Below are positions 17,074 to 25,673 of a DNA stretch of 64,000 nt, piece by piece. The notes under the pieces were generated by a model, which was not told where the DNA came from, ran no database searches, and saw only the letters and a list, made by a program, of their open reading frames with translations. The DNA comes from Turneriella sp. (GTDB taxonomy: Bacteria; Spirochaetota; Leptospiria; Turneriellales; Turneriellaceae): NCBI GenBank assembly GCA_965279515.1, contig CBDIID010000003.1, positions 4,128,001 to 4,192,000 of the forward strand. The letters are read 5' to 3'. The position numbers and the translations under genes are program-made. The stretch's first letter is position 1, and every line of letters starts with the position of its first letter.

Positions 17074-17358
17074 TTAGGCGATAAATTCGCAGAGGTAGGC
17101 GGCGTCGCCCGTAATTTTGAGCTGGAATTTGGAGTTCGCGGCTACTTCAAATTTCTGCCCCGCGGAAAAATTCTTAAAATCACCCGCGCCGGGTAGTTTC
17201 ACCGCCATCGCTCCGGCGACGACTGTCATGATTTCTTTAAGGCCGGTCGGAAATTCGTATTCACCGGCTTTCATAACGCCGACCGTCGCCTTGTTGCCGC
17301 TGGCCTCGAGCGTCAGGGATTTTACATTTCCATTGAAGTATTCGTTGACTTGCACCAT
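17074..17358 (-). CDS. ppnP: Pyrimidine/purine nucleoside phosphorylase (YaiE/DUF1255)
   Basis: VNEYFNGNVKS, TVGVM..GEY.F.T..KEIM.V and YLCEF. Confidence 0.9.
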   Translation of the reverse strand: MVQVNEYFNGNVKSLTLEASGNKATVGVMKAGEYEFPTGLKEIMTVVAGAMAVKLPGAGDFKNFSAGQKFEVAANSKFQLKITGDAAYLCEFIA

Positions 17359-17446
17359 GGGAAAGTTTTTGTTCTTGCGACGCCGCGTCACGCGCTGTGA
17401 CCACTTGTTGGATTGACGCTCCGGGGGCCCGGGTCAAGTCTTGTCC

Positions 17447-18097
17447 ATGGTAAAAAAGATTGGCATTTTGGGTTCGGGCAGTGTTGCGCAGACTCTGGCC
17501 GCGGGTTTTTCAAAGCATGGTTACGAAGTTAAAATGGGGACACGCAGCCCAGGTAAGCTGGATGATTTTCTAGCCAAAGCCGGTGGCAAGATTACCGTGG
17601 GCTCATTTGCCGAAGCGGCTGCTTTTGGTGAAATTCTGGTCCTGGCGGTTAAAGGCAAGATTGCACACGAGGCATTGGTGCTGGCGGGCGATGCGAATCT
17701 CAAGGGTAAGACGGTCATTGACCCGACGAATCCCATCGAAGACGGTGTGGCACCTGAAAATGGTGTGTTGAAATTTTTTACCAGCATCAACCGTTCTCTG
17801 ATGGAAGATCTGCAGGCTGCAAATCCAGATGCGCATTTTGTCAAAGCATTCAGCATGATTGGCGGGCCGCATATGGTGAATCCGGAGTTTTCGTCGAAAC
17901 CGACGATGTTCATCTGCGGTAACAATGCAGGGGCGAAAAAAGATGTTTCGGAGATTCTCGTCCAATTTGGTTTTGAGGTCGAAGACATGGGTGCCGCGAC
18001 CGCGGCGCGCGCGATCGAACCGCTCTGTATTCTCTGGTGCATCCCCGGCCTGACGGGTGGCGGCTGGAACCATGCCCTGAAACTCTTGAAAAAATAG
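17447..18097 (+). CDS. NAD(P)-binding oxidoreductase, F420-dependent NADP reductase-like
   Basis: GILGSGSVA Rossmann motif, VIDPTNP, VKAFS, MFICGN and ARAIEPLC.LWC. Confidence 0.85.
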   Translation: MVKKIGILGSGSVAQTLAAGFSKHGYEVKMGTRSPGKLDDFLAKAGGKITVGSFAEAAAFGEILVLAVKGKIAHEALVLAGDANLKGKTVIDPTNPIEDGVAPENGVLKFFTSINRSLMEDLQAANPDAHFVKAFSMIGGPHMVNPEFSSKPTMFICGNNAGAKKDVSEILVQFGFEVEDMGAATAARAIEPLCILWCIPGLTGGGWNHALKLLKK

Positions 18098-18140
18098 AAC
18101 TGCAAGGATGCAGCGTTACACAAAGGAAAGACCCCTACGC

Positions 18141-18533
18141 ATGAATAAAAATATTGCCGCTTATAATAAGGGCCAGAAAGGCATTGAACGCGAGATCTGC
18201 GACGCGCTTTGCGCGCTCATCGACGCCCACCTCAAGGGCGCGGAAAATAAGATCTGGCACAGGCATCCTGTTTGGTTTTTGGATGGCAATCCCATTGTCG
18301 GTTACAGCAGGCTGAAGGCGGGCATTCGCCTGATGTTCTGGAGCGGAGCGAGTTTTGATGAAGACCAGCTCGTACCGGGCACCGGAAAATTTAAGGATGC
18401 TTCGATTGTCTACACCCATGCGAATGAGATTAAAGCCGCAACCTTAAAGCGCTGCCTGAAAAAAGCGGCGGCGATCCAATGGGATTATAAAAATATCGTG
18501 AAGCGGAAAGGCGAGCTGGTGCGGTTGAAGTAA
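18141..18533 (+). CDS. DUF1801/YdhG-like domain protein
   Basis: KIWHRHPVWFLDGNPIVGYS.LK.GIRLMFWSG and QWDYKNIVKRKG. Confidence 0.8.
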   Translation: MNKNIAAYNKGQKGIEREICDALCALIDAHLKGAENKIWHRHPVWFLDGNPIVGYSRLKAGIRLMFWSGASFDEDQLVPGTGKFKDASIVYTHANEIKAATLKRCLKKAAAIQWDYKNIVKRKGELVRLK

Positions 18534-18565
18534 GAATTTACCTTGGTGGATAGACAGTGGGTGCT

Positions 18566-18925
18566 CTACGAATCTTGCTGAAAGATATCTTTTTCGTGTT
18601 TCCGCATCTCTTCTAATTGCGCTTTGATCGCCGGTAGCTTATTTGTAGCTGCGTCCCAGACTATCTTGTAGTCCACGATGAAATAACCATGAATTAACTT
18701 ATCCCGCGTTCCAGCAATAAGGCGCCACGGGATTTCGGAATTTTTTGATTTTAACTTCGGAGAGAGAGTTTTCACTGCTTCGCCGATAATTTCGAGGCTG
18801 CGTGCAGTCGCTCTTTTTAGCAGTTCCGATGCAAGAAAGTCTGTCTCCGACAGGCCTTTTAATTCTTTCTCGAGAAAATTGATTTCTGCGAGAATATAAT
18901 TAAGGCACTCAAAATCAGACTTCAA
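18566..18925 (-). CDS. HEPN/DUF86 (HepT-like) ribonuclease toxin
   Basis: RSLEIIGEA, IPW..IAG.RDKLIHGY (RX4HXY motif). TTG start overlaps the MNT stop. Confidence 0.9.
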   Translation of the reverse strand: MKSDFECLNYILAEINFLEKELKGLSETDFLASELLKRATARSLEIIGEAVKTLSPKLKSKNSEIPWRLIAGTRDKLIHGYFIVDYKIVWDAATNKLPAIKAQLEEMRKHEKDIFQQDS

Positions 18926-19223
18926 GATAGACGATCTCTTTCTCCACCGTTTTTTTGAAATTTTCGGGCAGAGAATCAAAGGTTAAAAGGTCAATCTTGC
19001 GCTCTAATTTATCTTCGAGGTAGTAAGCCAGATTCATAAAATTGTAGAAATCGGTGGAATTTTGCTTAAAGCGCACCACGAAGTCCACATCACTGTCCGG
19101 GCGTCCTGCGGAACGGGAGAATGAACCAAAGAGGCCTAGATTTTGCACGCCATAGCGGGCAAAGTCGGGTTTGGCATCTTTAAGCCGGTTGAGTATGTCA
19201 GCTTTATCCATCACGGGCTGCAT
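18915..19223 (-). CDS. Minimal nucleotidyltransferase (MntA-like) antitoxin
   Basis: LFGSFSR.....DSDVDF (GSX10DXD) and LEDKLERKIDL. Confidence 0.9.
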   Translation of the reverse strand: MQPVMDKADILNRLKDAKPDFARYGVQNLGLFGSFSRSAGRPDSDVDFVVRFKQNSTDFYNFMNLAYYLEDKLERKIDLLTFDSLPENFKKTVEKEIVYLEV

Positions 19224-19318
19224 GGCTTGTACTTGGCGTGCGGATTTGGCGCGTCAATTCGAAATGGAAGTCACTGCATCCCCCATGTCTCCCCTGCCTC
19301 TGCTGGGCGCTGGTGCGA

Positions 19319-19417
19319 TCACTTTTTGGGTCCTGGGAGCGAAGACAGTCCAAGTTCCTTCAGAAAGGCGTTGTGCTTCGCCGCGGATTCCTGAATGTCC
19401 TTCTCAATCTCCGCCAT
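19319..19417 (-). pseudogene. Relic C-terminus of a type I restriction-modification methyltransferase HsdM
   Basis: Manual translation MAEIEKDIQESAAKHNAFLKELGLSSLPGPKK* resembles the HN.FLKELGL..LP tail of HsdM proteins. The rest of the gene is absent. Confidence 0.55.
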
Positions 19418-19466
19418 CTCGACCCGGCGGAAGTGCAACAAGTGTAGCCTTCCACCGGGCTCAGCT

Positions 19467-19904
19467 TTATTTCACCGGCACCGCATGCGTTAGGTCGTTC
19501 AAGAGCTGCCAGCCCCCGGCCGTCATCACCCACTGCATATAGTTTTCAAACTTCAGCGCGTTTGATTGCATGCGCAATTTACAGACGGCATGGTTGCCGC
19601 GGATTTCCACCGAGACGATAGTCAGCTCACGCTTTGTGCCGCCCATCTTCCCTGCAGCAAGCGCCCCGGTATACCCGGCTTTGTCGATGACCATGCCTTC
19701 TACCGCGTCGCCCATATAAGCCACGAGGCGAAAGTCCTTGTGCAGCACCGTATCGATCGCCGCGGCATCGCGTGTATCGCCGGCGTTTCTAAACGCTTCG
19801 ATGCGCTGCCTCAGCGCCGCTTCGGTGTTTGTCCCCTTTGCTTCGGCAATGCCACCGGCCGCTGCTATCGTAGCCAAAAGTGTTGTTGTTATCCAATTGT
19901 TCAT
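19467..19904 (-). CDS. Secreted NTF2-like/DUF4440 protein
   Basis: Signal peptide, DAAAIDTVLHKDF, and terminal GGWQLL. Confidence 0.75.
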   Translation of the reverse strand: MNNWITTTLLATIAAAGGIAEAKGTNTEAALRQRIEAFRNAGDTRDAAAIDTVLHKDFRLVAYMGDAVEGMVIDKAGYTGALAAGKMGGTKRELTIVSVEIRGNHAVCKLRMQSNALKFENYMQWVMTAGGWQLLNDLTHAVPVK

Positions 19905-19923
19905 GTTTCCTCCGAAAATTTTT

Positions 19924-19951
19924 CATAATAGTTGCCTAGGCAACTATTATG
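19924..19951. promoter_or_regulatory. Perfect 28-bp palindrome, putative MarR operator 1
   Basis: cataatagttgcct|aggcaactattatg about 20 bp upstream of the DUF4440 gene. Confidence 0.75.
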
Positions 19952-19995
19952 CCTATAAAAGGCCGTTATATCTCGCAGATGTTTCTTGTTTCGCA

Positions 19996-20442
19996 TCAGT
20001 GTTTCTGGAATGAGCCCATGATGTTTTTTTCGAGCGTGTTCACGACGTGCATCAGGTTCTCAAAATCTTTTTCCTGAAGGCCGGCATGCACGCGGTCGCG
20101 CTCGCTTGTCACCAGGCGCGAAAAATCGTCATGCAGGCTTTGGCCGGCTTTGGTTAAACTCACGCGCATCACCCGCTTGTCGTTCAAATCGACGCGGCGC
20201 TGCACCAGTTTCTTTTTTTCGAGGCCGGCAAGAATACGTGTGATATTGGGTTTGTCGTGGATCAGGGAGTCGGCAAGGCCAAGCTGCGATACACCCGGCG
20301 TTTGCGCGAGTTTATTGAGAATCAGCCACTGTTCCTGTGTGACGTCGAACCCGGCGCTTTCGGCAAAGCGCGTAAAGTGCACGCGCAACAGCCGCGCCAT
20401 GCGCACAATCTGGAAGCCATATGCCTGTTCGACACGAACCAT
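19996..20442 (-). CDS. MarR-family transcriptional regulator
   Basis: VTQEQW.IL..L, DKPNITRIL..LEKK.LV.R and DKR...V.LT..G. Confidence 0.93.
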   Translation of the reverse strand: MVRVEQAYGFQIVRMARLLRVHFTRFAESAGFDVTQEQWLILNKLAQTPGVSQLGLADSLIHDKPNITRILAGLEKKKLVQRRVDLNDKRVMRVSLTKAGQSLHDDFSRLVTSERDRVHAGLQEKDFENLMHVVNTLEKNIMGSFQKH

Positions 20443-20457
20443 GGCGGTAAGTTAATA

Positions 20458-20485
20458 AATAATGGTTGCTATGGCAACTATTATT
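20458..20485. promoter_or_regulatory. Near-perfect palindrome, putative MarR operator 2 (autoregulation)
   Basis: aataatggttgc-tatg-gcaactattatt, with the same arms as 19924-19951, upstream of marR. Confidence 0.75.
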
Positions 20486-22031
20486 AGAGCTGGTGGATAA
20501 ACCAGTCGGAAAAAGCCTTAACTTCTGCGGCTTTGAAATCCCCCGGATTAAAGGCAAAATCACGGATTTTTCGCGCCCCGGCATCGGCAATGCCCGAGGT
20601 CGTGAGTTTTTCCATCACCGTTTCGGTCATCTCGGCTTCAGGGGTGCCGGCAAAACCGGGAGGATTGAGACTTAAGGCCGTCAGCTTTTTACCGGATTTG
20701 AATTTCACGGTCACCGTCGCAGGGTTAATAAACCTAAAGCGGCTGAAATCTTCGTCGGGGGTGACGAGATTCTCCGTGGGGTAGCGGTTCTTGCGGAAGA
20801 GGTTTATCCCCGCTTCGAGCGGCATCTGGAAAGCGTCGGAAAAACCACCCATACGTTTCATGTAAGGGCCGAGGCGGTGGATGTTTTTGAGCACCAGGGT
20901 GCCCGAATCTTTCAGCAGCGATGTGTATTTCATCATGATGCGCGTCGCTTCGAGGTCGTGCCCGACATCAACCTTACCCGCCAGCGACCAGAGTTCGTTG
21001 CGTGCAAGTGAGCTCTCAGAAAAACTTTCGGGTGTGATATTGCCGTCGATCAACATCGTCGCGCAATTGACCGGCAGCGAGAAGTTAAGCGTGGTGAGCG
21101 AACTCGCCGCACCGTTGAGATAGGGTTTCGAAAGATCGTTCATTTTCTTCGAGAGCATATTGCACTCGACGTTAACGCCGGTGATGTCGGCAGCACTCAG
21201 GTGTTCTGCCTGCATAAGTTTGCGTATGTTGCGGCAAGCTTCGACGGGGCCGCCGATATAGGCACAACCCGGATATTTTTTGACAGAGATCGACTGCGAA
21301 TACCAGCGCTCGCCGATGTCGTTCCAGACCTGCATCAGCGGTGCATAAGAGAAGGCGCCATAAAAATCAGAGCCGTCGCGGAAAAGATCGGGGCCGGCGA
21401 TACCGTCGGCTGCAAGTGCAGCGGTGAGGCCGGCGTTTAATGACGAAGAAGCGGTGAAAACTTTTGCCGACGAGGAAAAAAAACTGTCGAAGAGCGCATA
21501 GACCGGGAAAGCCATCGCGCGTGAAATTGTCTCGCGTATCGTTGCCGTGGAATCTTTCGCTTTCGCGGCCTTGAGCCGACCGACGACGAGGCCGGCATTG
21601 AACTGGTGGATAGATGACCACATCTGGCCATTATGCGGGCCGAAGAAGAGTGAAGCGCCGAGGCGCGCACCGGCTTCGTTGCCGACCGACTGCAAGGCAA
21701 GAAATTCATTGCCAGAAACGGGGAAATCCGGCGCGAGCACGAGCGGCAGAATCACGGAGGAGTGGCCCGTATGCCCCGCGAACATAAAATCGTCGAAATC
21801 ATAGAACATCGCGAGCGTTGCGAGATAGCTGGCACAAGAGATGGCGTCGCCCGCGGGCCTTTTCAGTTTTTTATAATATTTACTTTTCTTGCCGTGCAGA
21901 ATTGCCGCGAGCATCGAGATTGTCTGCCAGGCATTGATCTTACGGATGTGCTCCGGAATCTTGTCGGCGGTGAGTCCCGCATGCGGATCGGCGAATTCTG
22001 CGATGCGATTAATAACTGACATTAGTGTCAT
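20484..22031 (-). CDS. MmgE/PrpD family protein
   Basis: DFDDF...GH.GH, GNE.G.RLG, KKYPGC and C-terminal PPG. Confidence 0.8.
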   Translation of the reverse strand: MTLMSVINRIAEFADPHAGLTADKIPEHIRKINAWQTISMLAAILHGKKSKYYKKLKRPAGDAISCASYLATLAMFYDFDDFMFAGHTGHSSVILPLVLAPDFPVSGNEFLALQSVGNEAGARLGASLFFGPHNGQMWSSIHQFNAGLVVGRLKAAKAKDSTATIRETISRAMAFPVYALFDSFFSSSAKVFTASSSLNAGLTAALAADGIAGPDLFRDGSDFYGAFSYAPLMQVWNDIGERWYSQSISVKKYPGCAYIGGPVEACRNIRKLMQAEHLSAADITGVNVECNMLSKKMNDLSKPYLNGAASSLTTLNFSLPVNCATMLIDGNITPESFSESSLARNELWSLAGKVDVGHDLEATRIMMKYTSLLKDSGTLVLKNIHRLGPYMKRMGGFSDAFQMPLEAGINLFRKNRYPTENLVTPDEDFSRFRFINPATVTVKFKSGKKLTALSLNPPGFAGTPEAEMTETVMEKLTTSGIADAGARKIRDFAFNPGDFKAAEVKAFSDWFIHQL

Positions 22032-22076
22032 TAAATATCCCGACGCTGCCCGTGGGCAGAGCGTCGAGCAAAAAAA

Positions 22077-23720
22077 TCAAATTTCGCGGTCGACGCCCTC
22101 AGGTAAAAAGAACAGGCCGATGATCGCCGAAACTGCCGCGACCACAACAGGATACCACAGGCCGAAATAGACGTCACCCGTCGCCGCCACCATCGCGAAC
22201 GCCACCGTTGGCAGAAAACCGCCGAACCAGCCATTGCCGATGTGGTAGGGCAGCGACATCGACGTGTAGCGGATGCGGGCCGGGAAGAGTTCCACAAGCC
22301 AGGCGGCGATCGGGCCATAGACCATCGTCACGTATAATACAAGGAGCGTGAGTAGCCCCAGCACGAAGGGAATCCTGATTTCGGCAGGGTTGGCCTTAGT
22401 GGGATAACCCGCCGCGACAGTCGCGTCGCCGATCGTCTTTTCAGCGGCCGCAAATTCTTTTTTGAAATCGGCGTCATTCATACCCGTGCCGTCGAAGACC
22501 GGCGTCGCGGTTTCACCGATGCGTATGTACGCCTCTTTCACGCCATTGACGTGCTCGGTTTTATAGGGGATGGCCCGTTTCGCGAGAATGGCTTTCGCGA
22601 CATCGCAGCCACTGACGAATTTTGCCGAACCGATCGGGTCGAATTGGAAGCTGCAGTGTTTGGTATTGGCGACGACGGTCACGGGTTTTTCCGCCGCGGC
22701 GCGGCTCACCGCCGGGTTCGCGTATTGGGTGAGGGCTTTGAAGATCGGAAAGTAGGTCGTCGCCGCCAGAATGCATCCGGCTAAAACAATAGGTTTGCGG
22801 CCGATGCGGTCAGAGAGCCAGCCGAAGACGATGAAGAACGGCGTGCCGAGCGCCAGCGCGCCGGCGATTAAGAGGTTCGCCGTGCCGGGATCGATTTTAA
22901 GAATTTGCAGCAAAAAGAACAGCGCGTAAAATTGCCCCGTGTACCAGACCACAGCCTGGCCGGCGGTGCCACCCAGAAGAGAGAACAGCACGATCTTCAG
23001 GTTGGGCCATTTCGTGAAAGAATCGCGCAGCGGCGATTTGGATGTCGACCCCTCTTCTTTCATGCGTTTGAAAACCGGCGATTCATTGAGCTGCAGGCGT
23101 ATGTAGACCGAGATCGCCAAAAGGGCAATCGATAGCAGAAACGGAATGCGCCATGCCCAGACATCGAAAGCTTCTTTAAACACCGTACGGCAGGCGAGGA
23201 TAACCAACAGTGAAAGAAACAGCCCCAGTGTCGCGGTCGTCTGGATGAAGCTCGTGAAAAAGCCGCGGCGTCCCGGCGGGGCGTGCTCGGCGACATACGT
23301 CGCGGCACCACCATACTCTCCGCCCAAGGCCAGGCCCTGCAAAAGCCGCAGGGAAACCAGAATCACGGGCGCAGCGAGACCAATCGTCGAATATGAGGGC
23401 AGCATACCGACAAGCGCGGTGGAGACGCCCATGAGCAGAATCGTTATAAGGAAGGTATGTTTGCGGCCGATGAGGTCGCCGAGGCGGCCAAAGAATAGAG
23501 CGCCAAACGGGCGCACGGCAAAACCCGCTGCGAAGGCGAGCAGGGCGAAGATAAAGGCTGTCGTCTCATTCACCCCTGAAAAGAACTGCTTGCTGATGAT
23601 GCCGGCAAGCGAGCCATAGAGATAGAAGTCGTACCACTCGAAAACCGTGCCCAGCGAGGCCGCGAAGATGACCTTGCGTTCTTCGGCGGTCAGCGGTTTA
23701 TGTTTGGCCCTTTTGGTCAT
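22077..23720 (-). CDS. MFS metabolite:H+ symporter (MHS family)
   Basis: ASLGTVFEWYDFY, GRLGDLIGRK, LQGLALGGEYGGA and ELFPARIRYT. Confidence 0.95.
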   Translation of the reverse strand: MTKRAKHKPLTAEERKVIFAASLGTVFEWYDFYLYGSLAGIISKQFFSGVNETTAFIFALLAFAAGFAVRPFGALFFGRLGDLIGRKHTFLITILLMGVSTALVGMLPSYSTIGLAAPVILVSLRLLQGLALGGEYGGAATYVAEHAPPGRRGFFTSFIQTTATLGLFLSLLVILACRTVFKEAFDVWAWRIPFLLSIALLAISVYIRLQLNESPVFKRMKEEGSTSKSPLRDSFTKWPNLKIVLFSLLGGTAGQAVVWYTGQFYALFFLLQILKIDPGTANLLIAGALALGTPFFIVFGWLSDRIGRKPIVLAGCILAATTYFPIFKALTQYANPAVSRAAAEKPVTVVANTKHCSFQFDPIGSAKFVSGCDVAKAILAKRAIPYKTEHVNGVKEAYIRIGETATPVFDGTGMNDADFKKEFAAAEKTIGDATVAAGYPTKANPAEIRIPFVLGLLTLLVLYVTMVYGPIAAWLVELFPARIRYTSMSLPYHIGNGWFGGFLPTVAFAMVAATGDVYFGLWYPVVVAAVSAIIGLFFLPEGVDREI

Positions 23721-23812
23721 CCGCTGCTCCACAGAGCGGCGATCATTGCGGCAACCTTAATTTGGGCCGTGTTTTCGCTTGGAGTGGTAACTCCGTTTGC
23801 GGGTGCTGCCGT

Positions 23813-24988
23813 ATGGCCTTGCCCGACGGTATATTTTCCGACAGAATCAGCGACGTGCCGCGTTCGTTCATCCGCGAAATTCTGAAGACCACCATTCGGC
23901 CCGAGATTATCTCGTTTGCCGGGGGATTGCCAAACCGTGACCTTTTTCCGGTCGAAGAAATACAGGAAGCGACGATGCATGTGCTGCAACACGACCTGAA
24001 AGAATCGCTGCAGTACAGTACCTCGGAAGGTTACCTGCCGTTGCGCGAATATATCGCCGGACGTTATCTGAGCCGGCATCAGTTGAAGGTGCACCCGGAT
24101 GAAATTCTCATCACGAACGGTTCGCAGCAGGGTCTTGACCTCCTCGGCAAAATTCTGCTCAACGAGGGTGACACCGTCATACTCGAGAAGCCCGCCTACC
24201 TGGGGGCGATCCAGGCGCTTTCTCTTTACAGGCCCCGGTTTGAAACGGTGCCATTGCTGGCGCGGGGCGCTGACACGGCCGCGCTCGCCGAAATTCTCGG
24301 CCGCTGTACGCCGAAGCTGTTCTACTCCGTGCCGAATTTCCAGAATCCATCGGGTATTACCTACGACGAAGACGTGCGGCGCGCGGTATCGGCACTCTTG
24401 CAGCCGGGCAGAACTTTTTTTATTGAGGATGACCCCTACGGCGAGCTGCGTTTCCGCGGCGCAGACCGGCCGTCGTTTAGGCACTTCATTCCGGACAAAA
24501 CGATTCTGCTCGGCTCGTTCTCAAAAATTGTCGTGCCCTCCTTTCGGCTGGGCTGGATCGTGGCGCCGCCGCAAATTATGGAAAAACTCATTGTCGCGAA
24601 GCAGGCGGCGGATTTACATACAAACTTTTTTTGCCAGAAGATTATCCACCGCTATCTCACCACCAATGATCTCGATGCGCATATCGCGAAGATCAGGGCA
24701 GCGTATGGCCGCCAATGCGATGCGATGCTAACCGCGATGAAAAAATATTTTCCTGGAGATATCGAATACACCGAGCCCGAGGGTGGCATGTTCATCTGGG
24801 CGACCCTGCCCGAAGGAAAAATCGCGCTTCGCATTTTTGAAAAGGCGATCACCAATAACGTTGCCTTCGTGCCCGGTGACCCGTTTTATGTTGTGCCGGG
24901 CGAATACAGCACGATGCGGCTGAATTTCTCCTGCGTCGATCCCGCGACAATTGAAGAAGGCATACGGCGCCTCAGCGCCGTAATCTGA
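23813..24988 (+). CDS. PLP-dependent aminotransferase class I/II (2-aminoadipate transaminase-like)
   Basis: ISFAGGLP, GSQQGLDL, PNFQNPSG, EDDPYGEL, SFSKI.P..RLGW and GGMFIW. Confidence 0.93.
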   Translation: MALPDGIFSDRISDVPRSFIREILKTTIRPEIISFAGGLPNRDLFPVEEIQEATMHVLQHDLKESLQYSTSEGYLPLREYIAGRYLSRHQLKVHPDEILITNGSQQGLDLLGKILLNEGDTVILEKPAYLGAIQALSLYRPRFETVPLLARGADTAALAEILGRCTPKLFYSVPNFQNPSGITYDEDVRRAVSALLQPGRTFFIEDDPYGELRFRGADRPSFRHFIPDKTILLGSFSKIVVPSFRLGWIVAPPQIMEKLIVAKQAADLHTNFFCQKIIHRYLTTNDLDAHIAKIRAAYGRQCDAMLTAMKKYFPGDIEYTEPEGGMFIWATLPEGKIALRIFEKAITNNVAFVPGDPFYVVPGEYSTMRLNFSCVDPATIEEGIRRLSAVI

Positions 24989-24993
24989 ATCCT

Positions 24994-25578
24994 CTAGAAC
25001 CGCCAGCCGATCGAGACATTGGCAAACAGGCCAAAGTCATGTGCCTGGTGCGTCTGCCCATCGGCAAAGGTGAATTTGTTTCCCCCGAGCGTTGAGGCGA
25101 CATTCGGCCAGAAGCGCAGCGACGGCACGATGAGCAGGTGATCCCCCAGCGGCAGCCAGAAGTAATAAACCCCCGCACCAATACTGTAGGTTGTATAGGC
25201 AAAGGATTCTGCACCGCGCGTGACGTCGTAGCGGTGTACTTTGAATTCCGCGCGTATGTTGAAGCCCTCGGTGATGCGGTAGCCGATGCCGCCGCCCGTC
25301 GAGTAGGGCAGGTTGATCGATAATCCCTGCCCGCGTTCGTCCGCGGTTTTCGTCGCGCCGGGATAGACATCGAGGTTGAGCAGAAAACCGTGCGAATATT
25401 CGAACACCCAGTTCTTGGTCAGGTAGTTCACCTCGATATTGCCGCCGTGCATCAGAATTGGCTGCGTTAGCCCTGCGACCAGTTGCCAGCGGTTTTCGGA
25501 ACGTGGGGTATCCGCCGCTGCCGCATATGCCGGCGTTAAGCCTGCCATAAGAATTAGTTTGAGTAGTGTTTTTTTCAT
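24994..25578 (-). CDS. Putative small outer-membrane beta-barrel protein
   Basis: Signal peptide, amphipathic strands, and C-terminal aromatic signature SIGWRF. Confidence 0.65.
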   Translation of the reverse strand: MKKTLLKLILMAGLTPAYAAAADTPRSENRWQLVAGLTQPILMHGGNIEVNYLTKNWVFEYSHGFLLNLDVYPGATKTADERGQGLSINLPYSTGGGIGYRITEGFNIRAEFKVHRYDVTRGAESFAYTTYSIGAGVYYFWLPLGDHLLIVPSLRFWPNVASTLGGNKFTFADGQTHQAHDFGLFANVSIGWRF

Positions 25579-25673
25579 TGAAAGCCTCCGTGAATTTTCC
25601 CTGAAGGTAGCACGTAATTCGGCGTCTGTCGTCCGAGCCCATCGGCTCAGACGACTTTTTGCGGAACCCAGCT

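Noticed and set aside
19143..19542. Three short + strand ORFs between the TA pair and the DUF4440 gene
   Set aside because: No motifs, two overlap real genes, and the region is better explained by a minus-strand hsdM relic.
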